Shown here: in pieces, positions 1 to 8,387 of the stretch
How the letters are laid out: each line of letters starts with the position of its first letter
Position numbering within the stretch: position 1 is the first letter of the stretch
From: Clostridia bacterium
GTDB taxonomy: Bacteria > Bacillota > Clostridia > TANB77 > CAG-508
Reading direction: 5' to 3'
DNA length: 64,000 bases
Assembly: GCA_017517685.1 (NCBI GenBank)
Contig: JAFWYK010000010.1
Span: 237-64,236 of the forward strand
Notes under the pieces: generated by a model
What the model saw: only the letters and a program-made list of their open reading frames with translations
Databases searched by the model: none
Told to the model about the DNA's origin: nothing
Position numbers and translations under genes: made by a program

Positions 1-1338
1 AAAGATAAATTCCAATTACCAAGAGAAACTCCAAATACTTATGAGTTAAAATTAAAGGTAAGAAAAATTGCTGCTGCTAAAGAATATAACTTAGAACAAG
101 TTTATATGAAATTAAAGAAATTATTCATATTAAAGAAAAACTATTTAACTGCACCTACATCAGCAATTCAAGAAAAAATTCTTGAAATTCAAAATTATGA
201 ATTATATGCTGATATGACTGTTGAAGAAGTTGAAAGTGCTTTAGAGCAAATCACAGTAACAACAGGATTAAGCCAAGGTAGATTAAATGATGACGTAACA
301 AATTTCTTACTTGCAGGAGATAATGAATTAAGTAATGGTATTTCAATTCCATTTAATATTTTATCAACTGTATTTAAAGGTTTAAGAAAAGGCGAGACAA
401 TGTGTTATGCGATGCCTTCAAACTCTGGTAAATCAAGATTTACAATTAACCTTGCTGCATACATTTCATTTATTCATAGACAAAAAGTTTTAATTATTTC
501 AAACGAGATGTCTGAAGAAAAAATGAAACTTTGTATGATTACAACAATTTTAAATAACCCAGAAATTCAAGAATTACATGGACAAAAAATTATGGTTTCT
601 GAAGGAGAATTATTAGAGTTAAAATTTAGACCAGACAAAGGTAAGAGAGTTAAATGTGATGAAAATGGTTACATTTTAAGAAAAGATGATGAAACACAAG
701 AAGAATATGTTGGAAGACTTGAGAAAAATTCAAGTGTATTTAGACAAACATTAAAAGTTACAGAATGGGTAAATACACAATTAAATAACTCAATATTCTT
801 TATTCATATTACAGAACATACAAATGATGACTTAAAGAAAATTATCATGAACTTCTATTATAAAGAAGGAATTCAATATATGTTCTATGATACATTAAAA
901 GCTGATACAGCTAATATCGGAAGCAGTGATGAAGTTAAGAAAACTGCAACAATTCTTTCTAACTTAGCACAAAAATTCAAAATCTTTATAGCATCATCAA
1001 TGCAATTATTAGAAAGTAATACATTACCAGTAAACTTAACAATTAATGATATGTCTGCAAGTAAAACTGCAAAAGAGGTACTTGATACACTTTGCTTAAT
1101 TAAACAAATTAGTAGACAATCACTTCATAAATATGAGTATGCTGATACTGATCAATTTGATAAATGTTATGAAATTGATGTGCCAAAAGATACTGATGTT
1201 AGATTCTATGCATGTGTTGTTGATAAGAACAGAGCTGGTGCTAAACCAACTGTACTTTTTAGATTAAACTTAGCATATAATAGATGGGAAGAGCTTGGAC
1301 ATCTTAGATTAAAACAAACAGAAATTCAAGAAGATTAA
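1..1338 (+). CDS. DnaB-like helicase C-terminal (RecA-fold) ATPase, 5' end outside window
   Basis: Frame 1 is open from base 1, with no stop before the listed ATG at 106. Deviant Walker A AMPSNSGKSRF, Walker-B-like MFYDTLK, and DnaB-type VVDKNRAGAKP near the C-terminus. Confidence 0.6.
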   Translation, partial: KDKFQLPRETPNTYELKLKVRKIAAAKEYNLEQVYMKLKKLFILKKNYLTAPTSAIQEKILEIQNYELYADMTVEEVESALEQITVTTGLSQGRLNDDVTNFLLAGDNELSNGISIPFNILSTVFKGLRKGETMCYAMPSNSGKSRFTINLAAYISFIHRQKVLIISNEMSEEKMKLCMITTILNNPEIQELHGQKIMVSEGELLELKFRPDKGKRVKCDENGYILRKDDETQEEYVGRLEKNSSVFRQTLKVTEWVNTQLNNSIFFIHITEHTNDDLKKIIMNFYYKEGIQYMFYDTLKADTANIGSSDEVKKTATILSNLAQKFKIFIASSMQLLESNTLPVNLTINDMSASKTAKEVLDTLCLIKQISRQSLHKYEYADTDQFDKCYEIDVPKDTDVRFYACVVDKNRAGAKPTVLFRLNLAYNRWEELGHLRLKQTEIQED

Positions 1339-1346
1339 TAAAAATT

Positions 1347-1380
1347 ATAGGTTACTAAGTAATTAGTAGCCTATTTTTTT
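1347..1380 (+). terminator. intrinsic terminator after helicase-like gene
   Basis: Hairpin TAGGTTACTAA-gtaa-TTAGTAGCCTA followed by a T-run. Confidence 0.7.
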
Positions 1381-1389
1381 ATACCAAAC

Positions 1390-1418
1390 TTGCATAATTA
1401 TGTAAACTGTGATATAAT
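1390..1418 (+). promoter_or_regulatory. sigma-A-type promoter
   Basis: TTGCAT, 17-nt spacer, TATAAT, with a TGa extended -10. Confidence 0.5.
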
Positions 1419-1509
1419 ATTAAAGGATTGACAAACTTTTTTAAAAAAGTTGTTTTTAGAGTCTATATAGTTTAGAAAGAATTATTATTGGAAGGAGATG
1501 TAGGAAGAC

Positions 1510-1680
1510 ATGATGAACAAAGTAACAGTGAACCATTCTTCGGATGAATTTATATATAAAATGATTAAATATTCAGATAAAAAAATTTTTGATCAAATAA
1601 ATAAATTTGAAGAATTGGGAAAGACAAATAAGTTATCACAATCAGCTAAAAAAGCTGCATATATGAGTTTGTATATTTAA
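1510..1680 (+). CDS. possible small protein (56 aa), unknown function
   Basis: ATG preceded by GGAAGGAG. ORF MMNKVTVNHSSDEF...AAYMSLYI is below the 60-aa track cutoff. No recognisable motif. Confidence 0.3.
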   Translation: MMNKVTVNHSSDEFIYKMIKYSDKKIFDQINKFEELGKTNKLSQSAKKAAYMSLYI

Positions 1681-1692
1681 ATATAGCATAAA

Positions 1693-1734
1693 ACTTCTTT
1701 TAGAAATAATGATAATAACATTATATTCTGAAAG
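1693..1734 (+). repeat. copy 1 of a 42-nt promoter/hairpin element (degenerate)
   Basis: acttcttttAgaaataatgaTaataacattatattcTGaaag differs at a few positions from the copy at 1939-1980. Confidence 0.7.
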
Positions 1735-1926
1735 TTGATGGAGAATTAGTAGAAGATCCAATTAATGGAATGGATCATTCTATTAAGAAAAACTGTCTGG
1801 TTGTTTTTGAAACTGATGCAATAAAAAATATGCAAACACAGTTATAGATAAGCCGGTAAGAAAAATAAACGATATAAAATTAGGTGCAGAACACGATGTT
1901 CGTTAATTGAATAAGAAAAGTATTTT

Positions 1927-1957
1927 AGTATAAAAATGACTTCTTTTGGAAATAATG
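1927..1957 (+). promoter_or_regulatory. forespore (sigma-F/G-type) promoter candidate for sigG
   Basis: AGTATA, 15 nt, GGAAATAATG. This fits the remembered consensus G[C/T]ATA-15-GGnnAnAnT. Confidence 0.45.
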
Positions 1958-1980
1958 AAAATAACATTATATTCCAAAGG
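1939..1980 (+). repeat. copy 2 of the 42-nt element; its hairpin overlaps the sigG SD
   Basis: CTTTTGGAAATAATG-aaaataa-CATTATATTCCAAAG (1943-1979). The 3' arm runs into AAAGGAGG (1976-1983). Confidence 0.6.
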
Positions 1981-1992
1981 AGGTTTTTTATT

Positions 1993-2766
1993 TTGATAAA
2001 CAAAGTAGAAATAGCAAATGTAAATACCTCTAAATTACAAGTTTTAACATCAGATGAAACAAAAGAATTATTTAAATTAATGAAAGATGGAGATAAAAAT
2101 GCAAGAGAAAAAATTATAAATGGAAATTTAAAATTAGTACTTAGTGTAATTCAGAGATTTTGTGGAAGAGGTGAGAATGCAGATGATCTTTTTCAAATAG
2201 GATGTGTAGGTTTAATAAAGGCGATAGATAATTTTGATACAAGCTTAGATATTCAACTTTCGACTTATGCGGTACCAATGATAATAGGTGAAATAAGAAG
2301 ATATTTAAGAGATAATAATATGGTAAGAGTTAGTAGGTCTATTAGAGATTTAGCATATAAAGTGCTTCAATCAAAAGAAAAGTTAATAAGGGAAAATGGA
2401 AAAGAACCTACTATAGAAGAAATTGCAAAAGATCTTAATGTAGATAAAGAAGAAATTGTAGTAAGCTTAGATGCAATTCAAGATCCTATATCTCTTCAAG
2501 AGCCAGTATATAATGATGGACAGGAAAGCTTATATGTAATGGATCAGGTAAAAGATAAGAAAAACACAGATGAATTATGGACAGAAAATATAACGATGGA
2601 AGAAGCATTGAAAAAGTTAAATGATAAAGAACGAATGATAATAGATAAAAGGTTCTTTGAAGGTAGAACACAAATGGAAGTTGCTGATGAAATAGGAATA
2701 TCTCAAGCACAAGTCTCAAGATTAGAAAAGACTGCACTTGAACATATGAGAAGGTTATATAAATAA
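1993..2766 (+). CDS. sigG: sporulation sigma factor SigG
   Basis: Near-colinear with remembered B. subtilis SigG: NKVEI..TSKL.VL, NGNLKLVLSVIQRF, STYAVPMIIGEIRRYLRDNN, ISQAQVSRLEK. TTG start at 1993 sits 9 nt after AGGAGG. The track ATG at 1936 lacks an SD. Confidence 0.9.
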   Translation: MINKVEIANVNTSKLQVLTSDETKELFKLMKDGDKNAREKIINGNLKLVLSVIQRFCGRGENADDLFQIGCVGLIKAIDNFDTSLDIQLSTYAVPMIIGEIRRYLRDNNMVRVSRSIRDLAYKVLQSKEKLIRENGKEPTIEEIAKDLNVDKEEIVVSLDAIQDPISLQEPVYNDGQESLYVMDQVKDKKNTDELWTENITMEEALKKLNDKERMIIDKRFFEGRTQMEVADEIGISQAQVSRLEKTALEHMRRLYK

Positions 2767-3003
2767 TTAAAAGTCTACGAGTATTAAATCTTCACCAATT
2801 ACTTTTATGTAATTCCAAGGTATTGTAATATCAGATTCACTCGAAAGTAAACTAAAGAATTTATTATTACCAGGAACGATAATTTCCTTTATATTACCGG
2901 TTTGAAAATCGGCAGTTACATCTTGGACATATCCTAATCTAGTTCCATTTTTAATATTAATAACTTCTTTGTGTTTGAAATCTAATCCTTTTTTCTTGCT
3001 CAT
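2767..3003 (-). CDS. ylmC: YlmC/YmxH-family sporulation protein (PRC-barrel)
   Basis: MSKKKG...LGYVQDV..D...G.I..IIVPG. ATG at 3003 follows AGGAGG. Its stop abuts the sigG stop with zero spacer. Confidence 0.8.
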   Translation of the reverse strand: MSKKKGLDFKHKEVINIKNGTRLGYVQDVTADFQTGNIKEIIVPGNNKFFSLLSSESDITIPWNYIKVIGEDLILVDF

Positions 3004-3037
3004 AAATCCTCCTAATGCTTTAAATATATGCAAATAT

Positions 3038-3066
3038 TTGATTTTTTATTCCAAATATGGTGTAAT
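3038..3066 (+). promoter_or_regulatory. sigma-A-type promoter in front of GC-rich cassette A
   Basis: TTGATT, 17 nt, TGTAAT. The composition switch to GC-rich begins about 10 nt downstream. Confidence 0.4.
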
Positions 3067-3119
3067 TATTATAAGTTCGGACTTTACGTCCGTTCAATAT
3101 GAAAGCGAGGTATGACCTA

Positions 3120-3404
3120 ATGATCAAGAAAATCTTAACAACTGCTGCACGGACTATTTTATCATGTGTAGCAATCGCAGCTACCCTTGGCGCACTTTAT
3201 GTCCTCTCTATTGGACTTAGCGCCGCCGCCACGTACGTGAAGGACATCATCTTCAAGCTCTGGACCTATGTGTCTGGAAACTGGATTGCTGTCATCGTTA
3301 TCGTTGTGTTGGTTGCTCTTGGCACGATCGTGTACGACGGTATCTCTGACTCTGTGAAGAGCTGGAACAGAAACCGTAAACACAGAAAAAATGCCGGCGA
3401 GTAA
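3120..3404 (+). CDS. small two-TM membrane protein with basic C-terminal tail (cassette A, foreign composition)
   Basis: ATG at 3120 lies 9 nt after GAGG; the alternative ATG at 3099 has no SD. TM1 ILSCVAIAATLGALYVLSIGL, TM2 NWIAVIVIVVLVALGTIVY, tail KSWNRNRKHRKNAGE. 51 G+C in 3201-3300. Confidence 0.6.
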   Translation: MIKKILTTAARTILSCVAIAATLGALYVLSIGLSAAATYVKDIIFKLWTYVSGNWIAVIVIVVLVALGTIVYDGISDSVKSWNRNRKHRKNAGE

Positions 3405-3433
3405 GGCGAACTGTGAGACCGCGTCTTGAAATG

Positions 3434-3457
3434 CCGGCGAAATTTCGCCGGTTTTTT
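3434..3457 (+). terminator. intrinsic terminator of cassette A
   Basis: Perfect 18-nt palindrome CCGGCGAAATTTCGCCGG followed by T6. Confidence 0.8.
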
Positions 3458-3690
3458 CATTTTTATATATTAAAAAATATATAGGGTTGTGCTTTAGAAT
3501 GAATTTTAAATTAGCTTTTATATTATAGAGGGAAATTAGTAAAGCTATTTGTGTTTTTTTATTAAAATTAATTCTCGAGTGTTTTAGGGTATATAAATAA
3601 GCTATAATCAAAATATAATTAAAAATAAAAATAATCATAAAACCTTTTTTACATGAATATATTGTAACCATGTAAGAGAGGTGTATTTTT

Positions 3691-4530
3691 TTGGAAAAAA
3701 TTTTAGATGAAAACGAGAGAATAAAAAGAGCTGAGGAACTTTATTTTAGAAGAAATAATAAAGAAGTTAGTTTTCAAGGCTGTAAAGCAAATAAAAGCTA
3801 TTATGGAATGAAAAATAAATTGTTATTTCATCTGCTATTAATGTTTAATATTTTTGTCCTAGTATTTGTTATTCAAAACAAAGATTATGTGTTCAGCTAT
3901 GATTTTAATAATCAAATTAATGAATGGATGTTAAAATTATCAAATTATGTAAAAAGTATGGTTTATGAAATAGAAAAAGAAGAAAATAAAAATACTGTAG
4001 AAAATGATAGCGAGATATTAAATGAAAAAAATGAAACAGGTATTGTAAGCAATGAAGATATTCAAGATGATGAAAATAAAATAAACGAAATACAATCAAG
4101 TAGTGCAAGTCTTATGGAAGAAGATGTTAAAAATTTAAAGAATATATACAAATTTGTCAATCCTATATCAGGAGTTATTAGTTCAGAATTTGGTGCAAGA
4201 GAATCAAAATATCAGAATGTTAGAGGATATCACACTGGGATTGATGTTGCCTCAGAAACTGGAACACCAATTGTTGCTAGTATGGAAGGGATTGTTGAAG
4301 AAGTATCAAGTTATGGAGATTATGGAAAACATTTGAAAATAAGATGTAATAATGTAACTACTTTATATGCGCATTGCTCGGAAATCTTTGTAAAAAAAGG
4401 ACAAATTGTTGGCATGGGACAATTAATTGCAGCTGTCGGAAGTACAGGAAATAGTACTGGACCACATTTGCATTTTGAAATCAGGATTGATGATAGATTC
4501 GTAGATCCAGGGAAAGTAATTAAGTTTTAA
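3691..4530 (+). CDS. membrane-anchored M23/LytM metallopeptidase (SpoIVFA/SpoIIQ position)
   Basis: N-terminal TM segment LLFHLLLMFNIFVLVFVI. The C-terminal domain has intact YHTGIDV and GPHLHFE metal motifs. TTG start after AGAGAGG. Confidence 0.75.
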   Translation: MEKILDENERIKRAEELYFRRNNKEVSFQGCKANKSYYGMKNKLLFHLLLMFNIFVLVFVIQNKDYVFSYDFNNQINEWMLKLSNYVKSMVYEIEKEENKNTVENDSEILNEKNETGIVSNEDIQDDENKINEIQSSSASLMEEDVKNLKNIYKFVNPISGVISSEFGARESKYQNVRGYHTGIDVASETGTPIVASMEGIVEEVSSYGDYGKHLKIRCNNVTTLYAHCSEIFVKKGQIVGMGQLIAAVGSTGNSTGPHLHFEIRIDDRFVDPGKVIKF

Positions 4531-4540
4531 AGGAAAATTT

Positions 4541-5149
4541 ATGAAAGTAAGTGTTGATTATAAGATAATTATAGTTATAGGATTATTAATAATTTTTGGA
4601 AAAATAGATTTATATTTTATTTTTGCAGTATCAATTATTTGTCATGAATTGGTTCATATATTGATTGCAAAAATAATGGGCTTTAAGCTTATCGAATTAC
4701 ATTTTGGTATCTTTGGAATGAGTGCTAATATAGCTTTTTTAGGAAAAGTAAAAGTTTTAAGTAGAGTTTTATTTTATATTTCAGGACCTTTAATGAATTT
4801 TTTTATTGCAGAGGTATTTAAAAATATTAATTATGAAGTTACATATATAAATGTTGCCCTTGGAATATTTAATTTATTACCAATTATACCACTAGATGGA
4901 GGGGAGATACTTTTAGAATTAGTTAAAGCATTTATTGGAAGAGATCAAGCTAGTGAAATAATTTTGTGCTTTACTAAAATTTTTCTATTTATAATTTCTA
5001 TTTTGTATGCTGCAATTTTAATTGAAGTAAAGAATATCTTTTTAGTATTTCTATTATTATATTTGTGGTACTTGTATTATATAGAAGATGAGAAATGGAT
5101 GCTGTATAAAAAAGCTAGAAAATGTATAAAAGATATTGAAATAAATTAA
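4541..5149 (+). CDS. M50 site-2 protease, SpoIVFB-like, short form
   Basis: HELVHILIAK (HExxH) in a TM segment, plus NLLPIIPLDGG. 202 aa with no room for a C-terminal CBS domain. Confidence 0.75.
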   Translation: MKVSVDYKIIIVIGLLIIFGKIDLYFIFAVSIICHELVHILIAKIMGFKLIELHFGIFGMSANIAFLGKVKVLSRVLFYISGPLMNFFIAEVFKNINYEVTYINVALGIFNLLPIIPLDGGEILLELVKAFIGRDQASEIILCFTKIFLFIISILYAAILIEVKNIFLVFLLLYLWYLYYIEDEKWMLYKKARKCIKDIEIN

Positions 5150-5194
5150 AAATAATAGTAAATTGTAGATATAAAGTGAAAAGGAAAAAAGTAA

Positions 5195-5635
5195 ATGAAA
5201 AAATATGGAATAATATTAATTTTAATAACAGTAATAATGGTTTTATTAATTGTCGTTAATATAAAACATTCATCAAATGATGGGGTTAATTTGTTAATGC
5301 TAAATAATATGTATTCTGATATTGAAAAAATTGATAATGAGATTGCAATGTATTATTTAAATTATGGATATCTTCCTGTTAACAAAGAAAGAGCTGCAGA
5401 ATTTAAAGATAAATCAATTAACCCTAATGATAGTGAAGAATATTATGAAATTGATTTAAGTGTTCTTGAAGAATTAGATATAACATATGGTAAAAAAGAG
5501 TTTGGAGAAGATGACGTATATATTATAAATTATCAAAGTCATACTGTTTATTATGTAAAAGGTGTGACTTATGGCGAAAATACATATTATACAAGACCAG
5601 TAGAATATGAACAAGTAGAATTAGAAAAGTATTAG
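5195..5635 (+). CDS. hypothetical N-terminally anchored protein
   Basis: ORF with an N-terminal hydrophobic segment IILILITVIMVLLIVV. No motif recognised. Confidence 0.5.
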   Translation: MKKYGIILILITVIMVLLIVVNIKHSSNDGVNLLMLNNMYSDIEKIDNEIAMYYLNYGYLPVNKERAAEFKDKSINPNDSEEYYEIDLSVLEELDITYGKKEFGEDDVYIINYQSHTVYYVKGVTYGENTYYTRPVEYEQVELEKY

Positions 5636-5644
5636 AGGTAAGAT

Positions 5645-6496
5645 ATGAAAGAATTTATAAGAAAACATCCTAATATGGTTGTATTTATTATAGCGATAAT
5701 AATGATTGTGATTAGTTTTTTATATGGTTTCTATATTGCTCAAGAAGAAGCATTTTTTATACCAAATCATGATGAAGAGGCATATATAAGATTAAAGCAA
5801 AATGATGAGTTTGAAGAAGTACATATAACATCAGATGGATTAGATTTGTATGGTTGGGTTAGACCTATAAATAAAGAAGAGAAGAAACCACTTTTAATTA
5901 TGTACTTAGGAAATGCACAAAGTTCATCAAATTTTTTAGCTAATGGTTATTTTTTAGATTATATAGATGATTATCATCTTTTGATAGTTGATTATCCTAA
6001 ATATGGATTGAGTAAAGGAAGTTTAACGGAGAAAGAATTATTTAAATCTGTATTAGGAATATATGATTATGGTAAAACTCTAGAATATGTTGATGAAAAC
6101 AATATCTGTGTTTTAGGATACAGTATTGGTACAGGTATGGCGACATATGTTGCTTCGCAAAGAAATGTAAATGGATTAATATTATTAGCACCATATGATA
6201 ATGCATTAAATTTATATAATGATAATATTAATGTATTTTACGGACCACTTAGAAATATAACAAGATATAAATTAGAGTCTGACAAATATGCTAAAAGTGT
6301 TAAGGCCAAACCATTGATAATTGCAACAAAAAGTGATGAAGTAATTAACTATAAACATGCAGAAGATTTATCAAAAAGCTTTAATGAGTTAGAAAAATTT
6401 TTATTATTAGAAAATCCATCACATGGAGGCCTAATAATAGAAAAAGAAGTTTGGGTGGAAATACAAAATTATTTACAAGAAACTCTTGTCAAATAA
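5645..6496 (+). CDS. alpha/beta hydrolase, membrane anchored
   Basis: SD GAGG. N-terminal TM segment and nucleophile elbow GYSIGTG. Confidence 0.65.
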   Translation: MKEFIRKHPNMVVFIIAIIMIVISFLYGFYIAQEEAFFIPNHDEEAYIRLKQNDEFEEVHITSDGLDLYGWVRPINKEEKKPLLIMYLGNAQSSSNFLANGYFLDYIDDYHLLIVDYPKYGLSKGSLTEKELFKSVLGIYDYGKTLEYVDENNICVLGYSIGTGMATYVASQRNVNGLILLAPYDNALNLYNDNINVFYGPLRNITRYKLESDKYAKSVKAKPLIIATKSDEVINYKHAEDLSKSFNELEKFLLLENPSHGGLIIEKEVWVEIQNYLQETLVK

Positions 6497-6514
6497 GAAA
6501 TTTTATGTTAAAAT
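6486..6514 (+). promoter_or_regulatory. sigma-A-type promoter of the rpsF operon
   Basis: TTGTCA, 17 nt, TAAAAT. Confidence 0.55.
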
Positions 6515-6519
6515 AGACC

Positions 6520-6597
6520 AGTATGAATGCAAGTACGCGTTCATACCCTTACCCATATCACGAGATGGGTTATATATCCAAAAGGAGGTGACAAATA
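6520..6597 (+). promoter_or_regulatory. structured 5' leader of rpsF-ssb-rpsR (possible S6:S18 autoregulatory leader)
   Basis: Two local GC-enriched hairpins, TATGAA..TTCATA and ACCCAT..ATGGGT, just upstream of the SD. An S6 leader is known in Firmicutes, but the motif was not verified here. Confidence 0.3.
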
Positions 6598-6885
6598 ATG
6601 AATAGATACGAAACAGTATTCATTATTAATCCAAATGTTGAGGAAGCTGGAGTTAAAGAATTAACAAAAAAATTCTCAGATTTAATTAATAATGATGGAA
6701 AAGTTGAGTCAGTAGAAGAGTTAGGTAAAAGAAAATTAGCTTATGAAATCAAAAAGAATCCAGAAGGTATTTACGTATTAATTAACTTTGAAGCTGCACC
6801 AAGTTTAATCAAAGAACTTGAAAGAGTATACAGAATTACAGACGAAGTTATTAAATTCATCGTTGTAAGAAAAGACGAAGAATAA
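6598..6885 (+). CDS. rpsF: 30S ribosomal protein S6
   Basis: MNRYETVFII.P family signature, with the rpsF-ssb-rpsR order conserved. Confidence 0.9.
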   Translation: MNRYETVFIINPNVEEAGVKELTKKFSDLINNDGKVESVEELGKRKLAYEIKKNPEGIYVLINFEAAPSLIKELERVYRITDEVIKFIVVRKDEE

Positions 6886-6906
6886 TAAAGAAAGGTGGAA
6901 AACCAA

Positions 6907-7326
6907 ATGAACAAAGTAATTTTAATGGGAAGATTAACAAGAGACCCAGAAGTAAGATATACTCAAACAAATAACACTCTAGTTGCATCATTCAGTCTAG
7001 CTGTTAATAGAAGATTTGCTAGACCAGGAGAAGAAAGACAAGCAGATTTTATTAATATCGTTGCTTGGAATAAAACTGGAGAATTCTGCAGTAAATACTT
7101 CAAAAAAGGTCAACAAGTTTCAATTATTGGAAGAATCCAAACAAGAAGCTGGGATGATGAAAATGGACAAAAACGTTATGCAACAGAAGTAATTGCTGAA
7201 GAAGCTTATTTTGCAGATAGTAAAAGAGATGGAGAAGCATCAGGATTTGAAAGTACATTTGGAGAATCAGTTGCTCAAAGCGCTGAATTCCAAGTTACAG
7301 CATCTGATGATGACCTACCATTCTAG
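6907..7326 (+). CDS. ssb: single-stranded DNA-binding protein
   Basis: MNKVILMGRLTRDPEVRYT OB-fold N-terminus and an acidic tail ending DDDLPF. ATG at 6907 lies 7 nt after GGTGGA. Confidence 0.9.
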   Translation: MNKVILMGRLTRDPEVRYTQTNNTLVASFSLAVNRRFARPGEERQADFINIVAWNKTGEFCSKYFKKGQQVSIIGRIQTRSWDDENGQKRYATEVIAEEAYFADSKRDGEASGFESTFGESVAQSAEFQVTASDDDLPF

Positions 7327-7364
7327 GGTTAATATGGAGTATTAAAGAATAGGAGGAGTTTGAA

Positions 7365-7646
7365 ATGGCTGATAAAAAACAAAATAGAAGAAATAATAGA
7401 AACAACCAAGATGATGATTTCAACCCAAAGTTTAGAAAAATGAGAAAAAAAGTTTGTGCATTATGCAATGACAAAAACTTTGAGTTAGATTATAAAAATG
7501 TTGATCAATTAAGAAAATTCATCAATGAAAAAGGTAAAATATTACCAAGAAGAGCAACAGGTGCTTGTGCTAAACATCAAAGAGAAATCACAACAGCAGT
7601 TAAAAGAGCTAGACACATCGCTATTATTGCTTATTCACAAGACTAA
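7365..7646 (+). CDS. rpsR: 30S ribosomal protein S18 with N-terminal N/R-rich extension
   Basis: KKVC..C......DYKN...L.KFI...GKILPRR.TG.CAKHQR. Confidence 0.9.
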   Translation: MADKKQNRRNNRNNQDDDFNPKFRKMRKKVCALCNDKNFELDYKNVDQLRKFINEKGKILPRRATGACAKHQREITTAVKRARHIAIIAYSQD

Positions 7647-7656
7647 TTATAGTATA

Positions 7657-7686
7657 AAAAGCGTTCTTTATAGAACGCTTTTTTTG
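7657..7686 (+). terminator. intrinsic terminator after rpsR
   Basis: AGCGTTC-tttata-GAACGCT followed by a T-run. Confidence 0.8.
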
Positions 7687-7764
7687 TTATTAAAATCTCT
7701 TGCAAATCTTATTCCGAGCATATATAATAAGTAAGAAAATAGAAATAAAAAAGGAGATAATAAT

Positions 7765-8223
7765 ATGAAAAAACGTGGATTTGAAGTTGCAAAAGGATTT
7801 GAGGATGCAGGAATAAACTTACCAGTAAGAAAAACAAAATTCTCAGCAGGATATGATGTTGAAGCAGCAGAAGATACAATAATTCCAGCATTTAAAAGAG
7901 GACAAAAACCAACTTTAGTAAAGACAGGAATTAAAGCTTTTATGGAAGATGATGAAATGTTACTTCTATATAATAGAAGTTCTAATCCAGGAAAAAAAGG
8001 TTTAATACTTGCAAATAGTGTTGGTGTAGTTGATAAAGATTATTATGGAAATCCTGATAATGACGGACATATCATGTTTGCATTTATTAATATAAAAGAA
8101 GAAGATGTTGAAATCAAAAAAGGAGATGCTATTGGACAAGCAATTTTCCAAAAATATTTAGTAACAGATGATGATATTGCAGCAGGTGAAAGAACAGGTG
8201 GATTTGGTTCAACAAGTAAATAA
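7765..8223 (+). CDS. dut: dUTP diphosphatase
   Basis: SAGYD motif, GVVD.DY motif, and C-terminal GGFGSTS. Confidence 0.8.
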   Translation: MKKRGFEVAKGFEDAGINLPVRKTKFSAGYDVEAAEDTIIPAFKRGQKPTLVKTGIKAFMEDDEMLLLYNRSSNPGKKGLILANSVGVVDKDYYGNPDNDGHIMFAFINIKEEDVEIKKGDAIGQAIFQKYLVTDDDIAAGERTGGFGSTSK

Positions 8224-8233
8224 ATAAAGACAC

Positions 8234-8256
8234 AGGGCCTTAGGGCCCTATTTGTT
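8234..8256 (+). terminator. intrinsic terminator after dut
   Basis: AGGGCC-ttag-GGCCCT followed by a weak T-tract. Confidence 0.55.
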
Positions 8257-8318
8257 TGCTCAAAAATAAGGATAATGTAATATAATTGAAAAGAATTTAA
8301 AAAAATCGTTATATTTCT

Positions 8319-8347
8319 TTGACTTTTGCTCAAAAATGTAGTATAAT
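8319..8347 (+). promoter_or_regulatory. sigma-A-type promoter of the carD-family gene
   Basis: TTGACT, 17 nt, TATAAT. The TTTGCTCAAAAAT segment is also present about 68 nt upstream (8253). Confidence 0.55.
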
Positions 8348-8387
8348 TGTAATGTAGTAATTTTAATATTACTTGGAAGGAGTGACG

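Noticed and set aside
1738-1848. 36-codon ORF (MENLVEDPINGMDHSIKK...) following the distal copy of the sigG leader element.
   Set aside because: It has no real SD and no motif, and it lies in a region that looks like decayed duplicated leader. It could be a gene remnant but is not supportable as a CDS.
2486-2737. Other short antisense or overlapping track ORFs (for example 2486-2737-, 3917-4108-, 7525-7734+, 7709-7891-, 8043-8429-, 9660-9923-, 12145-12456-, 13691-13900-, 19637-19885+, 31892-32179-, 49850-50224-, 60546-60755-).
   Set aside because: Each overlaps a confidently identified gene on the other strand or in another frame, lacks an SD, and has a low-complexity product.
3162-3671. Minus-strand ORFs of 169 aa and 64 aa (3266-3460) overlapping cassette A.
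   Set aside because: Stop codons are rare in GC-rich DNA, so antisense frames stay open. These ORFs have no SD and run into AT-rich spacer. The plus-strand ORF has an SD, clean TM helices and a terminator.
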